DNA from: Nitrosopumilales archaeon
GTDB taxonomy: Archaea; Thermoproteota; Nitrososphaeria; Nitrososphaerales; Nitrososphaeraceae
DNA length: 51,571 bases
Direction: 5' to 3'
Assembly (NCBI GenBank): GCA_044507735.1
Contig: JBIQJB010000014.1
Coordinates: forward strand, 1-51,571
Part shown: positions 18,707 through 29,345 of the stretch, one piece after another
Position numbering within the stretch: position 1 is the first letter of the stretch
How the letters are laid out: each line of letters begins with the position of its first letter
Position numbers and translations under genes: made by a program
Notes under the pieces: model-generated
Told to the model about the DNA's origin: nothing
The model's input: the letters and a program-made list of their open reading frames with translations, nothing else
Databases searched by the model: none

Positions 18707-20148
18707 AACTCTGGACTCCTCTGCACTCTGGCAGATTGCTCAAACAAGTAAGCCGCATCAAGCATTGTCTGCTCTTGGAATTCGTCTGCCATTACCTGCA
18801 GGCCGACCGGTAAACCGTCGGCAAACCCAGCTGGCACAGACATGGCAGGCGTCCCAGTCAGATTTGCGACAACAGTATCAATGTCAACCAAGTACATCTT
18901 TAGCGGATCTTCTACTTTCTCCCCTATCCTGAACGGCAGTATGGGCATCGTGGGCCCTATCAGGACGTCATATTTCTTGAACAGCGACTTGATTTCGTGC
19001 TTCAAGAGCGCGCGCACTTGTTGGGCCTTCAGGTAGTATTTGCCGTAATATCCAGATGAAAGTACGTAAGATCCGACTATTATCCTCCTCTTGACCTCAT
19101 CTCCAAAATTGCTCCGCGCCTTGGCAAAATAGCTGTTCCATCCGTATCCTTCGGGGCTCATGTCAAAGCCGTACCGGATGTTGTCATAGCGGGCAAGGTT
19201 GCTGCTCGCTTCTGCGGTTGCAATAGTATAGTAGGATGCCAGAGCATGCTGCACTGACGGAAGCGACACCTCTTCACATGAACACCCCTGTGAAATTAGA
19301 GTATCCACGGCCTTGTTGATTATCTTGGTAACCTCTGCATCTGCACCTTCAATAAACTCCCTCACAAGTCCTATGCGCAGATTCTTCCTTTCTGAAATCG
19401 AATAAACAGGTGTGCTGCCTGCAGAGGTTGTGGTGTGGTCGTTCTTATCTATGCCGGCGATCACGTTCAGCAACGAAACAACATCTGACACTGTTCTACC
19501 CATCGGCCCTATCTGCTCCAAGCTATTTGCATACGATACAAGCCCATACCGGCTTATCAAACCGTAGGTAGGTTTGACCCCAACTACTGAACAAAAACTG
19601 GCGGGGCACCTTACCGAGCCTCCAGTGTCAGAGCCAAGGGACAGCGCGCATTCAAGAGCCGCCACACTTGCAGCACTTCCGCCCGATGAGCCCCCTGGAA
19701 CCCTGCCAATATCCCACGGGTTTCTGGTTGTGCCATGTCTACTAAACTCTGTTGTAGATCCCATAGCAAATTCGTCAAGGTTCGCTTTGCCGATTATTAT
19801 GGCCCCAGCTTCTTTCAGTCGCTTGACAACAGTCGCGTCGTAAGGTGGGATATAGCTGGCAAGCATCTTGGAAGCACAGGTAGTCTTGATGCCCTTTGTG
19901 GAAATGTTGTCTTTGACACTAATGGCCACTCCTGTAAGCGAGCCAGCCTGTTCGCCGTCCCTGATCTTCTTGTCAATGATGCGTGCCTGCTCGATCGCTT
20001 CCTCGTTATTGATTGTCACCAGGGCGTTTACCTTGGGCTCTACTTTTTCTATCCTCTCCAACAGTTGGCTGATGTACTCCTCGGCGGAAAATTCTCTGTT
20101 CCTTATTCCGCGGGCAACCTGGCTAGAATCAAGTGAATACAGAGCCAA
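18703..20148 (-). CDS. gatA: Asp/Glu-tRNA amidotransferase subunit A
   Basis: Amidase signature GGSSGGSAA, GSDTGGSVRCPA, EASSNLARYD. Confidence 0.98.
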   Translation of the reverse strand: MALYSLDSSQVARGIRNREFSAEEYISQLLERIEKVEPKVNALVTINNEEAIEQARIIDKKIRDGEQAGSLTGVAISVKDNISTKGIKTTCASKMLASYIPPYDATVVKRLKEAGAIIIGKANLDEFAMGSTTEFSRHGTTRNPWDIGRVPGGSSGGSAASVAALECALSLGSDTGGSVRCPASFCSVVGVKPTYGLISRYGLVSYANSLEQIGPMGRTVSDVVSLLNVIAGIDKNDHTTTSAGSTPVYSISERKNLRIGLVREFIEGADAEVTKIINKAVDTLISQGCSCEEVSLPSVQHALASYYTIATAEASSNLARYDNIRYGFDMSPEGYGWNSYFAKARSNFGDEVKRRIIVGSYVLSSGYYGKYYLKAQQVRALLKHEIKSLFKKYDVLIGPTMPILPFRIGEKVEDPLKMYLVDIDTVVANLTGTPAMSVPAGFADGLPVGLQVMADEFQEQTMLDAAYLFEQSARVQRSPEL

Positions 20149-20149
20149 G

Positions 20150-20425
20150 CTAGGTCATCCTCGGTCCTTTCACAAAGCCGTCCTTTCTGTATTTCGTGCC
20201 AAGCGGATCACCTTCAAATTTTTCCGGCTCATCAGGCCGCAGCTCTTCAAGCTTCTTCCTTAACGAGATGGGCTTTGTCTTATCTAGTAGTGGTATACTG
20301 TCAAGCGTATCAAGGTACTTGATTATTCCTTCTATCTGGGATGTGTAGCGCTCAACCTCGGCATCCGACAGATCTATCCTTGCAAGCCAGCCAAGATGCT
20401 TTACCTGATCTTTGGTTACTGCCAT
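20150..20425 (-). CDS. gatC: Asp/Glu-tRNA amidotransferase subunit C
   Basis: V.HL..LARI, LRPD, FVKGPR. Lies between aspS and gatA. Confidence 0.93.
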   Translation of the reverse strand: MAVTKDQVKHLGWLARIDLSDAEVERYTSQIEGIIKYLDTLDSIPLLDKTKPISLRKKLEELRPDEPEKFEGDPLGTKYRKDGFVKGPRMT

Positions 20426-20426
20426 A

Positions 20427-21767
20427 TCACGGAGCCAGCCTGTCGATGTCCCTCGGATACAGCGTAGCGTCGCGGATATTTTCGATTTTTGTCAGTGCCA
20501 TCATTAGTCTCTCAAGTCCCAGACCAAAACCTGCGTGGGGCGGGACGCCGTAATCGAACACTCTGAGGTGGTAGTCAAAAGAGTCTGGTTTCAATCCTTG
20601 CTTTTTCATTCGTTCGATCAGCTGATCCCTGCGGTTTATTCTCGTGCTTCCAGACGACATTTCAAGCGATCCAAACATGAGGTCGAACGATTCGCAGACC
20701 CTACCACCATCTACCAGACTGGGCTTAACGTAGAACGGCTTGGTAGATGTCGGCCAGTCTATGATAAAGTAAAAGCCGTTGAGGCGGTCGTCCTGAAGAC
20801 TTTTCATCACTTGTGGCGAGATGTCATCGCCCCACTGGATGCGCTCACCTGCTTCCTGTAATTTATCAATAAGATCGGAATAGCTATACTTTGGGAACGG
20901 CAATTCCACTCTTGGCAATTGTAAATCGAGGAATTTCAGGTCGACGGTGTTCCTCTCCTTTATCGTTTCCACGATGTGTACTATCATACGTTCAAGCAGA
21001 GACATCACATCATTATAGTCTGCAAATGCCTGCTCGACGTCTATTGAAATCGCTTCTGACAGGTGGCGGTTTGTCCGCGAGGGTTCTGCTCTGAAAATTG
21101 GCCCAATTTCAAAGACGCTTTCAAATGCCATCGTCAGCTGTTCTTTGTACAGCTGAGGGCTTTGAGCAAGGAATGCTTCTCGGTCGTAGTAGAATATTGG
21201 AAAGAGCGCAGCTCCGCCTTCTGTGGCGGTGGCAATCATTTTGGGAGTGGTCACTTCAATGAACTTTTGTCTTGCAAGAAACTCCCTGACAGAGTTGAGC
21301 ACAGTATGGCGTATGCGGAATATTGAACCGAGATAATTGCGACGCAGGTCAACTGCACGGAGGTCTAGCCTCGTGTCAATGCCTACAGGCGATTGCTTGC
21401 CCTGAGTAATGAAAGGTGCTGCTTTTCTTGCTATTGAAAAAGCCCGAATCTCTGTGGGGACAATCTCAACGCCGCCAGGCGCCTTTTCCTGCGGCCTTAT
21501 CTTGCCACGCACGCCAATTGAACTGTGTTCCTTGACTTCCTTGGCCATCCCAAAAAGAGAATCGCTGCACTCGCCCTTTTTAGCGGTAACCTGGATTTCC
21601 CCATGCATGTCCTTTAGTATGATAAACTGGATATTGCCATGGTCCCTAACGCTTGAGACCCAACCCATGACGACTATTTCGTTATCTCCGATAGAGGGAC
21701 TTATCTCTGAGGAGTAGTGAGTCCTCCGCCAGTGCCCGAGGTCTTGTTCTTCAAGCAAGTCGCCCAA
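20427..21767 (-). CDS. aspS: Archaeal aspartyl-tRNA synthetase, probably non-discriminating
   Basis: LAQSPQLYKE, FRAE...RHL.E, GVPPHAGFGLGLER. Operon with gatCAB. Confidence 0.97.
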   Translation of the reverse strand: MGDLLEEQDLGHWRRTHYSSEISPSIGDNEIVVMGWVSSVRDHGNIQFIILKDMHGEIQVTAKKGECSDSLFGMAKEVKEHSSIGVRGKIRPQEKAPGGVEIVPTEIRAFSIARKAAPFITQGKQSPVGIDTRLDLRAVDLRRNYLGSIFRIRHTVLNSVREFLARQKFIEVTTPKMIATATEGGAALFPIFYYDREAFLAQSPQLYKEQLTMAFESVFEIGPIFRAEPSRTNRHLSEAISIDVEQAFADYNDVMSLLERMIVHIVETIKERNTVDLKFLDLQLPRVELPFPKYSYSDLIDKLQEAGERIQWGDDISPQVMKSLQDDRLNGFYFIIDWPTSTKPFYVKPSLVDGGRVCESFDLMFGSLEMSSGSTRINRRDQLIERMKKQGLKPDSFDYHLRVFDYGVPPHAGFGLGLERLMMALTKIENIRDATLYPRDIDRLAP

Positions 21768-22301
21768 TTTGACTAAGTTCTCAAGGAGGTTAATTTAACC
21801 TTACCAGTGGTATCGGATATAGCGGAAGTGCTGCTCTGCAACACTTGGCATTCTGACTTACCAGATTTGCCCCATCCTAGCGAATCGCTTGTGATCAGCC
21901 CGGCAATGAGAGTGGTGGTTTACTAAAAACACCAGAAAACTTGATTTCTGGAGGTGGAGCGCGGTCATGACCATGATTGGTATTTCGGGACTTGCCTCCC
22001 CGACTACCCGGGTGGATTCATAACCATTCGTGGTCGAAATCCGCGAACGCCTGGAAAAAAATCACATGGTATCTTCGTCGTAGTCGTTATCCATGATTCC
22101 TCCAATCGTGCTTTCCTGGTGGATGAAGCATACCTTCTAGGTCCAATGGCTTTGCAATCTCACAATATGGATCGTATGGATCACACAGTCATCGCCACCT
22201 ACTGCTGCGATCCCTCCAAGAGTGCTGTGAAATCACATATTGCCAAGACCAGATCTGCTCCAGATTTTGAAGCTCATGGCGACATCGGCGGAGCATAAAC
22301 A

Positions 22302-23231
22302 CTATCGCAAGACTTGATTGGCGATTGCATCCATCACCCGGACAGCTGCTTCTTTTCTGACGATGCCTGTTACAAAGTGTGGTCTGCCGCCGCCCCGGCC
22401 GTCTGTCCCAACGAATTGCTTGAAGAGCTTGTTGCAGTCAAGGTCCTGCATATCATTCTCATTTCGGGCAAAGACAATCTTTGCGTGTTCGACGTCCATA
22501 TTCGCAATCAGGACCACCGTGTTTCTATTGTCCCTTATCTTTTCACCGGCAAATTCCTGCAGCTGATCGTCGAGCAGGTTCTCAAACAATCCTCTCAACA
22601 AGCTAACCTTGCCGTTTGTTGCTGGAACAATGTCTGCCAGCTTTTCCCTGCCAAGCGCCTTTAGCTTCTTGACGTTGTTTTCGCAATCTAGCTTCAGCTT
22701 CCTTGCAGTATTTTCGACTGTGTTGATATTAGCGCCCAGCTCGCCGCATACCCTGAGCAGCCTTTCCGAAAGCAAAACTGCAGTTTCTTTTGCCTGCTTA
22801 CCGACTACAAAATCCACTTCGTATTCGTTCCCGCTTTTTGACAGGCGGGTAACCAGAAAAAAATCACATTCCTGCAAGTTGCTTGCATGGTCCATCGCAC
22901 AGGCTGCAACATCGTGGTTTTCAATCTCCACTACCCGGACCTCTTCTGCTCCTATTCTCTCTTCGTTTGCACGGAGATTTGGGATCTGTTTCTTTGCTTC
23001 TTCAAGCGATGGGAACATGCGAGTCGAAATGCGCCTCCCTTCAGCTATGAGGGAATTCACTTCATTTTCCGCCTTGAGAACGGTATCAAGGTCAAGCTGC
23101 GGGATAACAATGAATGCAACGTTTGTAGCGCCCTTGTGCTCCACTTTCCTTACTCTCAGTGTCTTTCCGAGTAGTTTCTGGAGCGAGCTAATAAACGCAT
23201 GTTCCGCAGTATGCGCCAGCTTGTCGTGCAT
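22302..23231 (-). CDS. AlaX-like tRNA editing-domain protein with C-terminal DHHA1 (C-Ala-like) domain
   Basis: HTAEH ... VRVVEI...D..ACAMDH (HxxxH/CxxxH). C-terminal GRGGGRP. Confidence 0.75.
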   Translation of the reverse strand: MHDKLAHTAEHAFISSLQKLLGKTLRVRKVEHKGATNVAFIVIPQLDLDTVLKAENEVNSLIAEGRRISTRMFPSLEEAKKQIPNLRANEERIGAEEVRVVEIENHDVAACAMDHASNLQECDFFLVTRLSKSGNEYEVDFVVGKQAKETAVLLSERLLRVCGELGANINTVENTARKLKLDCENNVKKLKALGREKLADIVPATNGKVSLLRGLFENLLDDQLQEFAGEKIRDNRNTVVLIANMDVEHAKIVFARNENDMQDLDCNKLFKQFVGTDGRGGGRPHFVTGIVRKEAAVRVMDAIANQVLR

Positions 23232-23316
23232 ATGGATGATGTCCTAGTTAGTCCCGCGTCCACTATAAAATAGCATTGATAAGGATTTTAACCTCCCCTA
23301 TTACAACCAACAGCCG

Positions 23317-24378
23317 TTGGTGGCTAGAAAAGCCGCAGCTGCTGGCAGCAGCAAAGTTACAATTGCGACTCTGGGTTCACACTGTTCACTGCAGGTGTTA
23401 AAAGGCGCCAAGGACGAGGGCTTTCGTACGTTGCTTGTGTGTGAAAAGCGACGGCTTGGTCTCTACAAGCGTTTTAGGTTCATCGACGAAATTCTTGAAG
23501 TTGACAGCATTAACGAGGTGGCAGGCGATAGGTGCAGAAAGCGCCTAAAGCAGACAAACTCGATCTTGATACCTCACGGCACCCTCATATCACAGATGAA
23601 AAGCGACGAGATAGAAAAGATAGAAACCCCGATCTTTGGCAACAAGTGGATACTGAGGTGGGAGGCAGATAGAGAGCTCAAGGAAAAGCTAATGAACGAA
23701 GCTGGCCTCAAGACACCCCGGCCAATCAAGTCGAAAGAAGAGATCGACGGTCTCTGCATAGTCAAGCTGCATGGGGCAGCAGGTGGTCGGGGATACTTCC
23801 TTGCATGGAACCAAGAGAGCTTTGAAGAAGGTGCAAGACATCTGATCGAGCAGAAAGCGATCAACAGCGAAAAGGATCTCTACATTCAGGAATTCATCAG
23901 AGGAGTCCCGGTCTACTTGCAGTATTTCTACTCGCCAGTAACTGGTGAGCTGGAGCTTTTGGGAATTGATAGGCGATATGAATCAGACATCGACGGAATA
24001 GGCAGGATCCCGGCCAGGCAGCAGCTTGAGGCAGGGGTTGAGCCTTCATACAATGTCATCGGCAACATACCACTTGTGCTCCGCGAATCACTGCTTGACG
24101 GGGTCTACAAGATGGGTGAAAACTTTGTGAGGGCTGCAGAACGCTTGGTTCCGCCGGGAATGCCAGGGCCCTTCTGCCTGGAAGGCGTGTATGACAGAGA
24201 AGGCAAGTTCACAACCTTTGAGTTCTCTGCAAGGATTGTAGCCGGCACGAATCTCTACCTTGACGGGTCGCCATATTCTGGCTTGCTCTACGACGACCCC
24301 ATGAGCATGGGCAGAAGAATTGCACGTGAAGTCAAGATAGCGGGCAGGAAGGGCAAGCTTGCTAAAATTGTAACCTAG
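23317..24378 (+). CDS. purP: FAICAR synthetase (PurP family)
   Basis: [51 protein letters not shown]. Confidence 0.95.
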   Translation: MVARKAAAAGSSKVTIATLGSHCSLQVLKGAKDEGFRTLLVCEKRRLGLYKRFRFIDEILEVDSINEVAGDRCRKRLKQTNSILIPHGTLISQMKSDEIEKIETPIFGNKWILRWEADRELKEKLMNEAGLKTPRPIKSKEEIDGLCIVKLHGAAGGRGYFLAWNQESFEEGARHLIEQKAINSEKDLYIQEFIRGVPVYLQYFYSPVTGELELLGIDRRYESDIDGIGRIPARQQLEAGVEPSYNVIGNIPLVLRESLLDGVYKMGENFVRAAERLVPPGMPGPFCLEGVYDREGKFTTFEFSARIVAGTNLYLDGSPYSGLLYDDPMSMGRRIAREVKIAGRKGKLAKIVT

Positions 24379-24420
24379 GTTCTAGAATATTTTTTATGCT
24401 CAGTTTTTGCAGCGTTACAT

Positions 24421-25638
24421 GTGGCCAGAGGCAAGCGGGGATTGGATCCCGAAAAATGGGCTGAAATTGCAGTGAGAGAAGCTGAAAAAGCCAGAAGGAA
24501 TGGCACCTTTGGCGTCGGAGGCCTCTTGATGGACAACAATAGCGGCAAAATAGCCAAAGTGATTCGAAACAGAGTGATCCAAAATTGCTCTGTCCACGAC
24601 CCGACTGCGCATGTCGAAAGACAACTGGTGGACTGGTATTATTGTCACTATTATCCAAAGAATAAGAAGAACCCTACGTCTGAACGCATGATGACAATAG
24701 TTACGTCTCTGGAGCCATGCTTGATGTGTGCAGGCTCTATTCTGACGGGCGGGTTTAACGTAATCTCTGTGTCCCGGGACGAGCTGGCGGGTGTGGGCTG
24801 CAAAGGACAGGAGTTCTCGACGTTGCCGGAGGACATGAGACAAAAAGCCAAGGAAACATTTTCAGCCTTTGGTATTGCTGGCAAGAGAGCGTTCAGCGGT
24901 CCCATTGATTCCATTTTCTACGGCAGCGAGATTGATAGCAGACTTGATCAGCGTTCGACTCTCGCCCTTTCTTCAAGCCTTGAAAAGGTCAAGCGCATAA
25001 TCAAATGCCATGGTCAGTCACCAAATAAGCTACTTAACCCAAAAACCTTGAAGAGATCATCAAGCGCGTTCAAACTGCTGAAAAAATGCAACCCCAAAGT
25101 GTTTTCGAATGACTATATCGTTGCGTTTGGCAAACCTGGGATCGAACTTGGACGCATCTTGGTCGAAAAGGCAAACAAGTCATACAAGGCATCAGGAGTT
25201 TTCAACGCGGCTTGCATTGTTGATCCATTCGGGAACGTGCTGCTGGCAGAAAGTGGGGCACAGGAGAAATCCCCCATAAGGACACCCCTAATGGACCTCA
25301 TGCGAAAATATCATAAATTGATGTTTGATGCAGGGCAGGAAGGCAGAAGATACTTTGCTCACATAAAATACTGCAAAACGGTCGCGATGTTAGGGCCAGG
25401 TCGAGATCCAAAAAGCCTGATGGAATTAGGATGTCTAGGATCTTGTACAGAGGGGAAGCTTCCGGAGGGCAGACAGTTTCAGTACATACTCCCGCAACAG
25501 CGGCAGCAGGATCTGAAACGCATGCTGGAAAACCTACCCCCGTTCTTTTCAACTGTTGTCCGGCTTCAGGATCACATTCAGCAGGTGGAAGACGAAGAGT
25601 TGATCAAGTTTTGCAAATCGGCGCTAGTTGCTTCCTGA
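24421..25638 (+). CDS. Zn-dependent nucleoside/nucleotide deaminase with a second, degenerate deaminase-like domain
   Basis: FGVGGLL, HDPTAHVE, TSLEPCLMCAG. The C-terminal half has AACIVDPFGNVL but no HxE or PCxxC. Confidence 0.8.
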   Translation: MARGKRGLDPEKWAEIAVREAEKARRNGTFGVGGLLMDNNSGKIAKVIRNRVIQNCSVHDPTAHVERQLVDWYYCHYYPKNKKNPTSERMMTIVTSLEPCLMCAGSILTGGFNVISVSRDELAGVGCKGQEFSTLPEDMRQKAKETFSAFGIAGKRAFSGPIDSIFYGSEIDSRLDQRSTLALSSSLEKVKRIIKCHGQSPNKLLNPKTLKRSSSAFKLLKKCNPKVFSNDYIVAFGKPGIELGRILVEKANKSYKASGVFNAACIVDPFGNVLLAESGAQEKSPIRTPLMDLMRKYHKLMFDAGQEGRRYFAHIKYCKTVAMLGPGRDPKSLMELGCLGSCTEGKLPEGRQFQYILPQQRQQDLKRMLENLPPFFSTVVRLQDHIQQVEDEELIKFCKSALVAS

Positions 25639-27468
25639 TCTGTGCACGGCATACCTTATTGCCTTTCCAGCCGCGATTGCTGATGCCCCCGCGGTGACGA
25701 CAATAAAGACAGATGTGCTTATTGAAAGCAGAGTGGGCAAAGCGAGCGGCAGCGTTACCAGCATAACAGCTGTCGCAGCGGCGACAGCAAATACAAGCCA
25801 GCTGATCTTGACTTTGCGGCTTGCGACATACCCTGCAGGAACCAAGTAGATAGCACCGATGAGTGTGCTCGCTGTTGCTCCAGCCAATATTGCGCCTGGC
25901 TCGCCCTCGGCAATAGAATACGATCTTTCAGCCGCAGTCAGTATCCCAAAGAGAGGATACAGTGCGGTTCTTATTGTTGCCTGAAGCCAAGGCTGCTCTC
26001 TTTCATAATCTGCAACCTGTGGGCTGAATGAGTAATACACAGAGTTGAATGCATTCATGAATGCAGCACCCGATGCAGTTGAAAGGATGTAATTGTCCCT
26101 GAAATTGCGCAGGTATTGTACCTGTGGTGTCAGCTCGGAGCCAAACGCTGCTGTTGCGATAAGACAGCCCGATGGCTGCTGAACAGGAGGCGGGACAGCC
26201 TCGCCGCTTCCCTGCAGCACGACAAGGTCTATCTTGGCGCTTTCCCCTTGGTCGTTAATCCTGTCTATGGCCAGTGTAACGGTGCCGGCAGTCGGAAAAG
26301 TATACTGGAACGAATAGAGTCCTAACTCTTCTGACATGTGCCGTCTGTGTATCTCACGGCCATCCTGAGTGACTACGAAATCAAACGATGAACCTCTGAT
26401 GATATCATCAGTGGTCGGGTCCTTGATGTTCATCACAAAGGTTATCGGAGTTCCGGTTTCTATTACATCAGGCCCCCATGAAAGCTGGACCAAGAACCTT
26501 TCGGTCGGCAGTGACATTATGTCAAGTGGGAACTTGGGTTTCTCAGTGGGCATAAGCGTAAATCTCGCAGTATCTGTATCTCCTACTGTTTCGGCAAATC
26601 TTGTAAGCATCGCGTTGTTGACGACAAAGTGTACAATGCGGTATTGCTCCGAAGAATAGTCGTCAATGACTACAGCCTGTGCTTCAAGCTCTCTGCCATT
26701 GAGTGTGCCACGGTAGCTGTTGGTCTTGAGTTCTTCCATTGACTTTGGGAACTGGACTTCCATGTGCAACACAGGAACCTGCGAGACGTAGGCTCTATCC
26801 CAGGTAAAGGGCATATCAAATGAAATGGTGCCATTTGAATAATTGAAATTGGAGACTTCGTCAAAGTATGTCTTGACTATCATCTGATTTCCACCGGCTA
26901 CATCAAAGGCATGTGAGCTGCCGATACTGACATAAAGATCGAACCTCTTGTCAGAGTCTACTGCAATTCCGGAACTACTTCTCTCAATTGTGACTGCAAT
27001 GTGATAAAGGCCACCTTCAGTCATGATCTTGCTCCTAAGCTGGATGGGATTGCTCTGGCTGATCTGCACCTGCTCCGGAGGCGCCTGACCGTTTATCTGC
27101 CAACCAGTGATTTCCGGATCAGGAACAAGGTTGGCAGCCACAACTCCATCTGAGGATCTGAAGCGTTGGTCAAGCAATGCCTCATTGCGCAAGCTCACCA
27201 CGACCCTCAAGTCCATGTTGGAAATAGTGGTGTTTCCACTGCCTGCTTCAAGCACCCTAACTACGAACCTCGGGCTGCCACTCTCGACCTCATCGATAAA
27301 AGTCGGGGTAAGCGACGCCTCGACTACCACCTGCTTATTTGAGATTGTCGCTGGAAGTGACGTGTCGGTCCCAAGCCCGTGGCCGTAAGTATTCGGGATA
27401 GTGTTTGAAACGGCCATGGTAGCGATAATCATAACCAGCGTCAGCGTTACGATGAGGCGCCTTTGCAT
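25624..27468 (-). CDS. Exported CFI-box-CTERM protein, mature N-terminus predicted HGLG
   Basis: Signal peptide ending TYG|H. GCLIATAAFGSELTPQVQYLRNFRD...YYSFSP. C-terminal TM helices. Confidence 0.85.
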   Translation of the reverse strand: MQRRLIVTLTLVMIIATMAVSNTIPNTYGHGLGTDTSLPATISNKQVVVEASLTPTFIDEVESGSPRFVVRVLEAGSGNTTISNMDLRVVVSLRNEALLDQRFRSSDGVVAANLVPDPEITGWQINGQAPPEQVQISQSNPIQLRSKIMTEGGLYHIAVTIERSSSGIAVDSDKRFDLYVSIGSSHAFDVAGGNQMIVKTYFDEVSNFNYSNGTISFDMPFTWDRAYVSQVPVLHMEVQFPKSMEELKTNSYRGTLNGRELEAQAVVIDDYSSEQYRIVHFVVNNAMLTRFAETVGDTDTARFTLMPTEKPKFPLDIMSLPTERFLVQLSWGPDVIETGTPITFVMNIKDPTTDDIIRGSSFDFVVTQDGREIHRRHMSEELGLYSFQYTFPTAGTVTLAIDRINDQGESAKIDLVVLQGSGEAVPPPVQQPSGCLIATAAFGSELTPQVQYLRNFRDNYILSTASGAAFMNAFNSVYYSFSPQVADYEREQPWLQATIRTALYPLFGILTAAERSYSIAEGEPGAILAGATASTLIGAIYLVPAGYVASRKVKISWLVFAVAAATAVMLVTLPLALPTLLSISTSVFIVVTAGASAIAAGKAIRYAVHRSGSN

Positions 27469-28088
27469 AGAAAAGGAAAAGGCGCGTGCTCAATATTTAC
27501 TTTAGCCGCTGCTCATCTACCCTTGTAGCTGCAATGATATCTCCTGTGGCAGTCACTATCATCAGCAATGATAACAGAAACTCCACAATCACTTTGGGGC
27601 GAAACGCTGTCTGCAGGTCCGGATGAACTTTTCTGTACACTATCCAATCGCCCCCCTGTGGCGCCTAGTAGTCTATCACTCGTAATAGATATTCAAAGGC
27701 TGCAGGAGCCTCCTATCTGTCGCTTCGGTTGACTTTGCGGACGCTAGTGGCTTTACTCGTTGACCAAACTGCATTGCGCCCACTCGCAGGATATACGGTG
27801 CCAGGTAATTCACTTCGTTAGGATGATCGCAGAGGTTCTCCCGTTATTCGCCTTACGTTTGTTCTTAGCTTTTTTCTTCCATTTCATCGCTGTTCTTGTT
27901 GCCATTGCGGTAGGGGAAGGCTTCCGTGAATTCAATACCTTTAGTTGGATTATTTGACTCCTCTCTGCAAATGACTCCATGCAGATCGTGCCGGCCAATA
28001 ATAAGGCGCAAGATTGCAAAATCTCTAGATTACCCATGTTTATAGACGCGCCGATCCATTAGCATTCCAGTGCGAGCACCGAATTTTC

Positions 28089-28628
28089 CTAGAGTTTTTT
28101 CTTGGAATGGAGATAAACCGCAATGCCAGCGATTGCGACTGCGGCCGGTGTGATATAGAAGAGCATCAGCTCATCAAGAGGGAGATACGGACCACCCACG
28201 GAAATGTCAAAACTGGCTTCAAGTGGAGTGGTCTCATACTTTTCATCTCCAACTATTATTGTCCTAAGAGTCACAACATAGTCGCCGGTATCGTTAAACG
28301 TGTATGGAATAGAGATGTCGCTAATTTCGTAAAACCTGTATGGGATTTGGCTTATTGCGTCACCGGTTTGCCTATCGGTTATTATCAGTGCGGAGTGAAT
28401 GTTATAGATGTTGTCACTATTCCGGAGCACACTGAAATTAAGGACTGTAGAATTGCTGCCAGCAATCGGAGCCGAGGGATAAGGTGCGAACACCACTTGA
28501 TACCCATCTACATCCTTTGTCGCTCCGAAAAAGTGACCGTATGCGAGATTTGCCTGCAGGGCACCAGCAGTAGTGGCAATGACCATACCAACGAACAGCG
28601 CAACCAAGACCGGCAGCAGGCGCTTCAT
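28089..28628 (-). CDS. Exported membrane-anchored Ig-like (YtkA/FixH-like) protein, mature N-terminus predicted HFFG
   Basis: Signal peptide ending AYG|H, PYTFNDTGDY motif, C-terminal TM plus KKKL. Confidence 0.8.
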   Translation of the reverse strand: MKRLLPVLVALFVGMVIATTAGALQANLAYGHFFGATKDVDGYQVVFAPYPSAPIAGSNSTVLNFSVLRNSDNIYNIHSALIITDRQTGDAISQIPYRFYEISDISIPYTFNDTGDYVVTLRTIIVGDEKYETTPLEASFDISVGGPYLPLDELMLFYITPAAVAIAGIAVYLHSKKKL

Positions 28629-28792
28629 CCTCTGCTACTTCGCGCTATCCATATTTCAACTATTATGCAATTCATTTATCGAATGAACCATAATTTCTAA
28701 AATAACCATAATGAAAATAATGGATGTCTGCAACGCGTGTTTGTTCATTATGGAGGCTTGAAGGCTAATTGGAGCCTTCTTTTTTTACCAGC

Positions 28793-29320
28793 TCATGCAT
28801 TCAGTCGCTTTTTCTTCCTTTTTTTCATAAAGACCAGAGTACCGGCAATACCCAAAGTGGCCGCCGCAGCAGAAGGCGCCGCAACATAATATACTACGTC
28901 AAACTGCCCACCCACATTGACAAAGAACGTAAATGTCAGTGTCTGACCACTGTATGCATAGTCGGTCAGGTCGATGTACAGGACGTACTTCCCGGCTTCT
29001 GGAAAAGTGTATTTCTGGGTGTGGTGGCCGTAAGGCACGATTATCGGATTTGTCTTTTGAATTTCAACTCCATCCTTTACTAGTCTGAGGGTTATCGGAA
29101 CATCTATCAAGTCATCGCCGTTGACCCCTGCAACCCTTATCAGCACATCTGTAGGGTTTCCCGCAATGGGGCTTGATGGTTCTGTCGTCATCTCCACGTC
29201 ATAATTACCAATCCTCTGCCTGTAAGCATTCAAGAGAGGGTCAGCAAAAGCCTGCCCGCTTGTAAACAATAGCAATGACATGACAATGGCGATGAACGAT
29301 GTGGCCAATAGGTACTTCAA
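28793..29320 (-). CDS. Exported membrane-anchored Ig-like (YtkA/FixH-like) protein, paralog of 28089-28628
   Basis: Signal peptide ending AFA|D, P..PIAG and YTFPEAGKY motifs, C-terminal TM plus basic tail. Confidence 0.8.
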   Translation of the reverse strand: MKYLLATSFIAIVMSLLLFTSGQAFADPLLNAYRQRIGNYDVEMTTEPSSPIAGNPTDVLIRVAGVNGDDLIDVPITLRLVKDGVEIQKTNPIIVPYGHHTQKYTFPEAGKYVLYIDLTDYAYSGQTLTFTFFVNVGGQFDVVYYVAAPSAAAATLGIAGTLVFMKKRKKKRLNA

Positions 29321-29345
29321 GCGCTTCTTATCTATGCAAGCCGAC

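Noticed and set aside
21954-22298. 114-aa plus-strand ORF
   Set aside because: Atypical composition and no motif. Cannot be supported.
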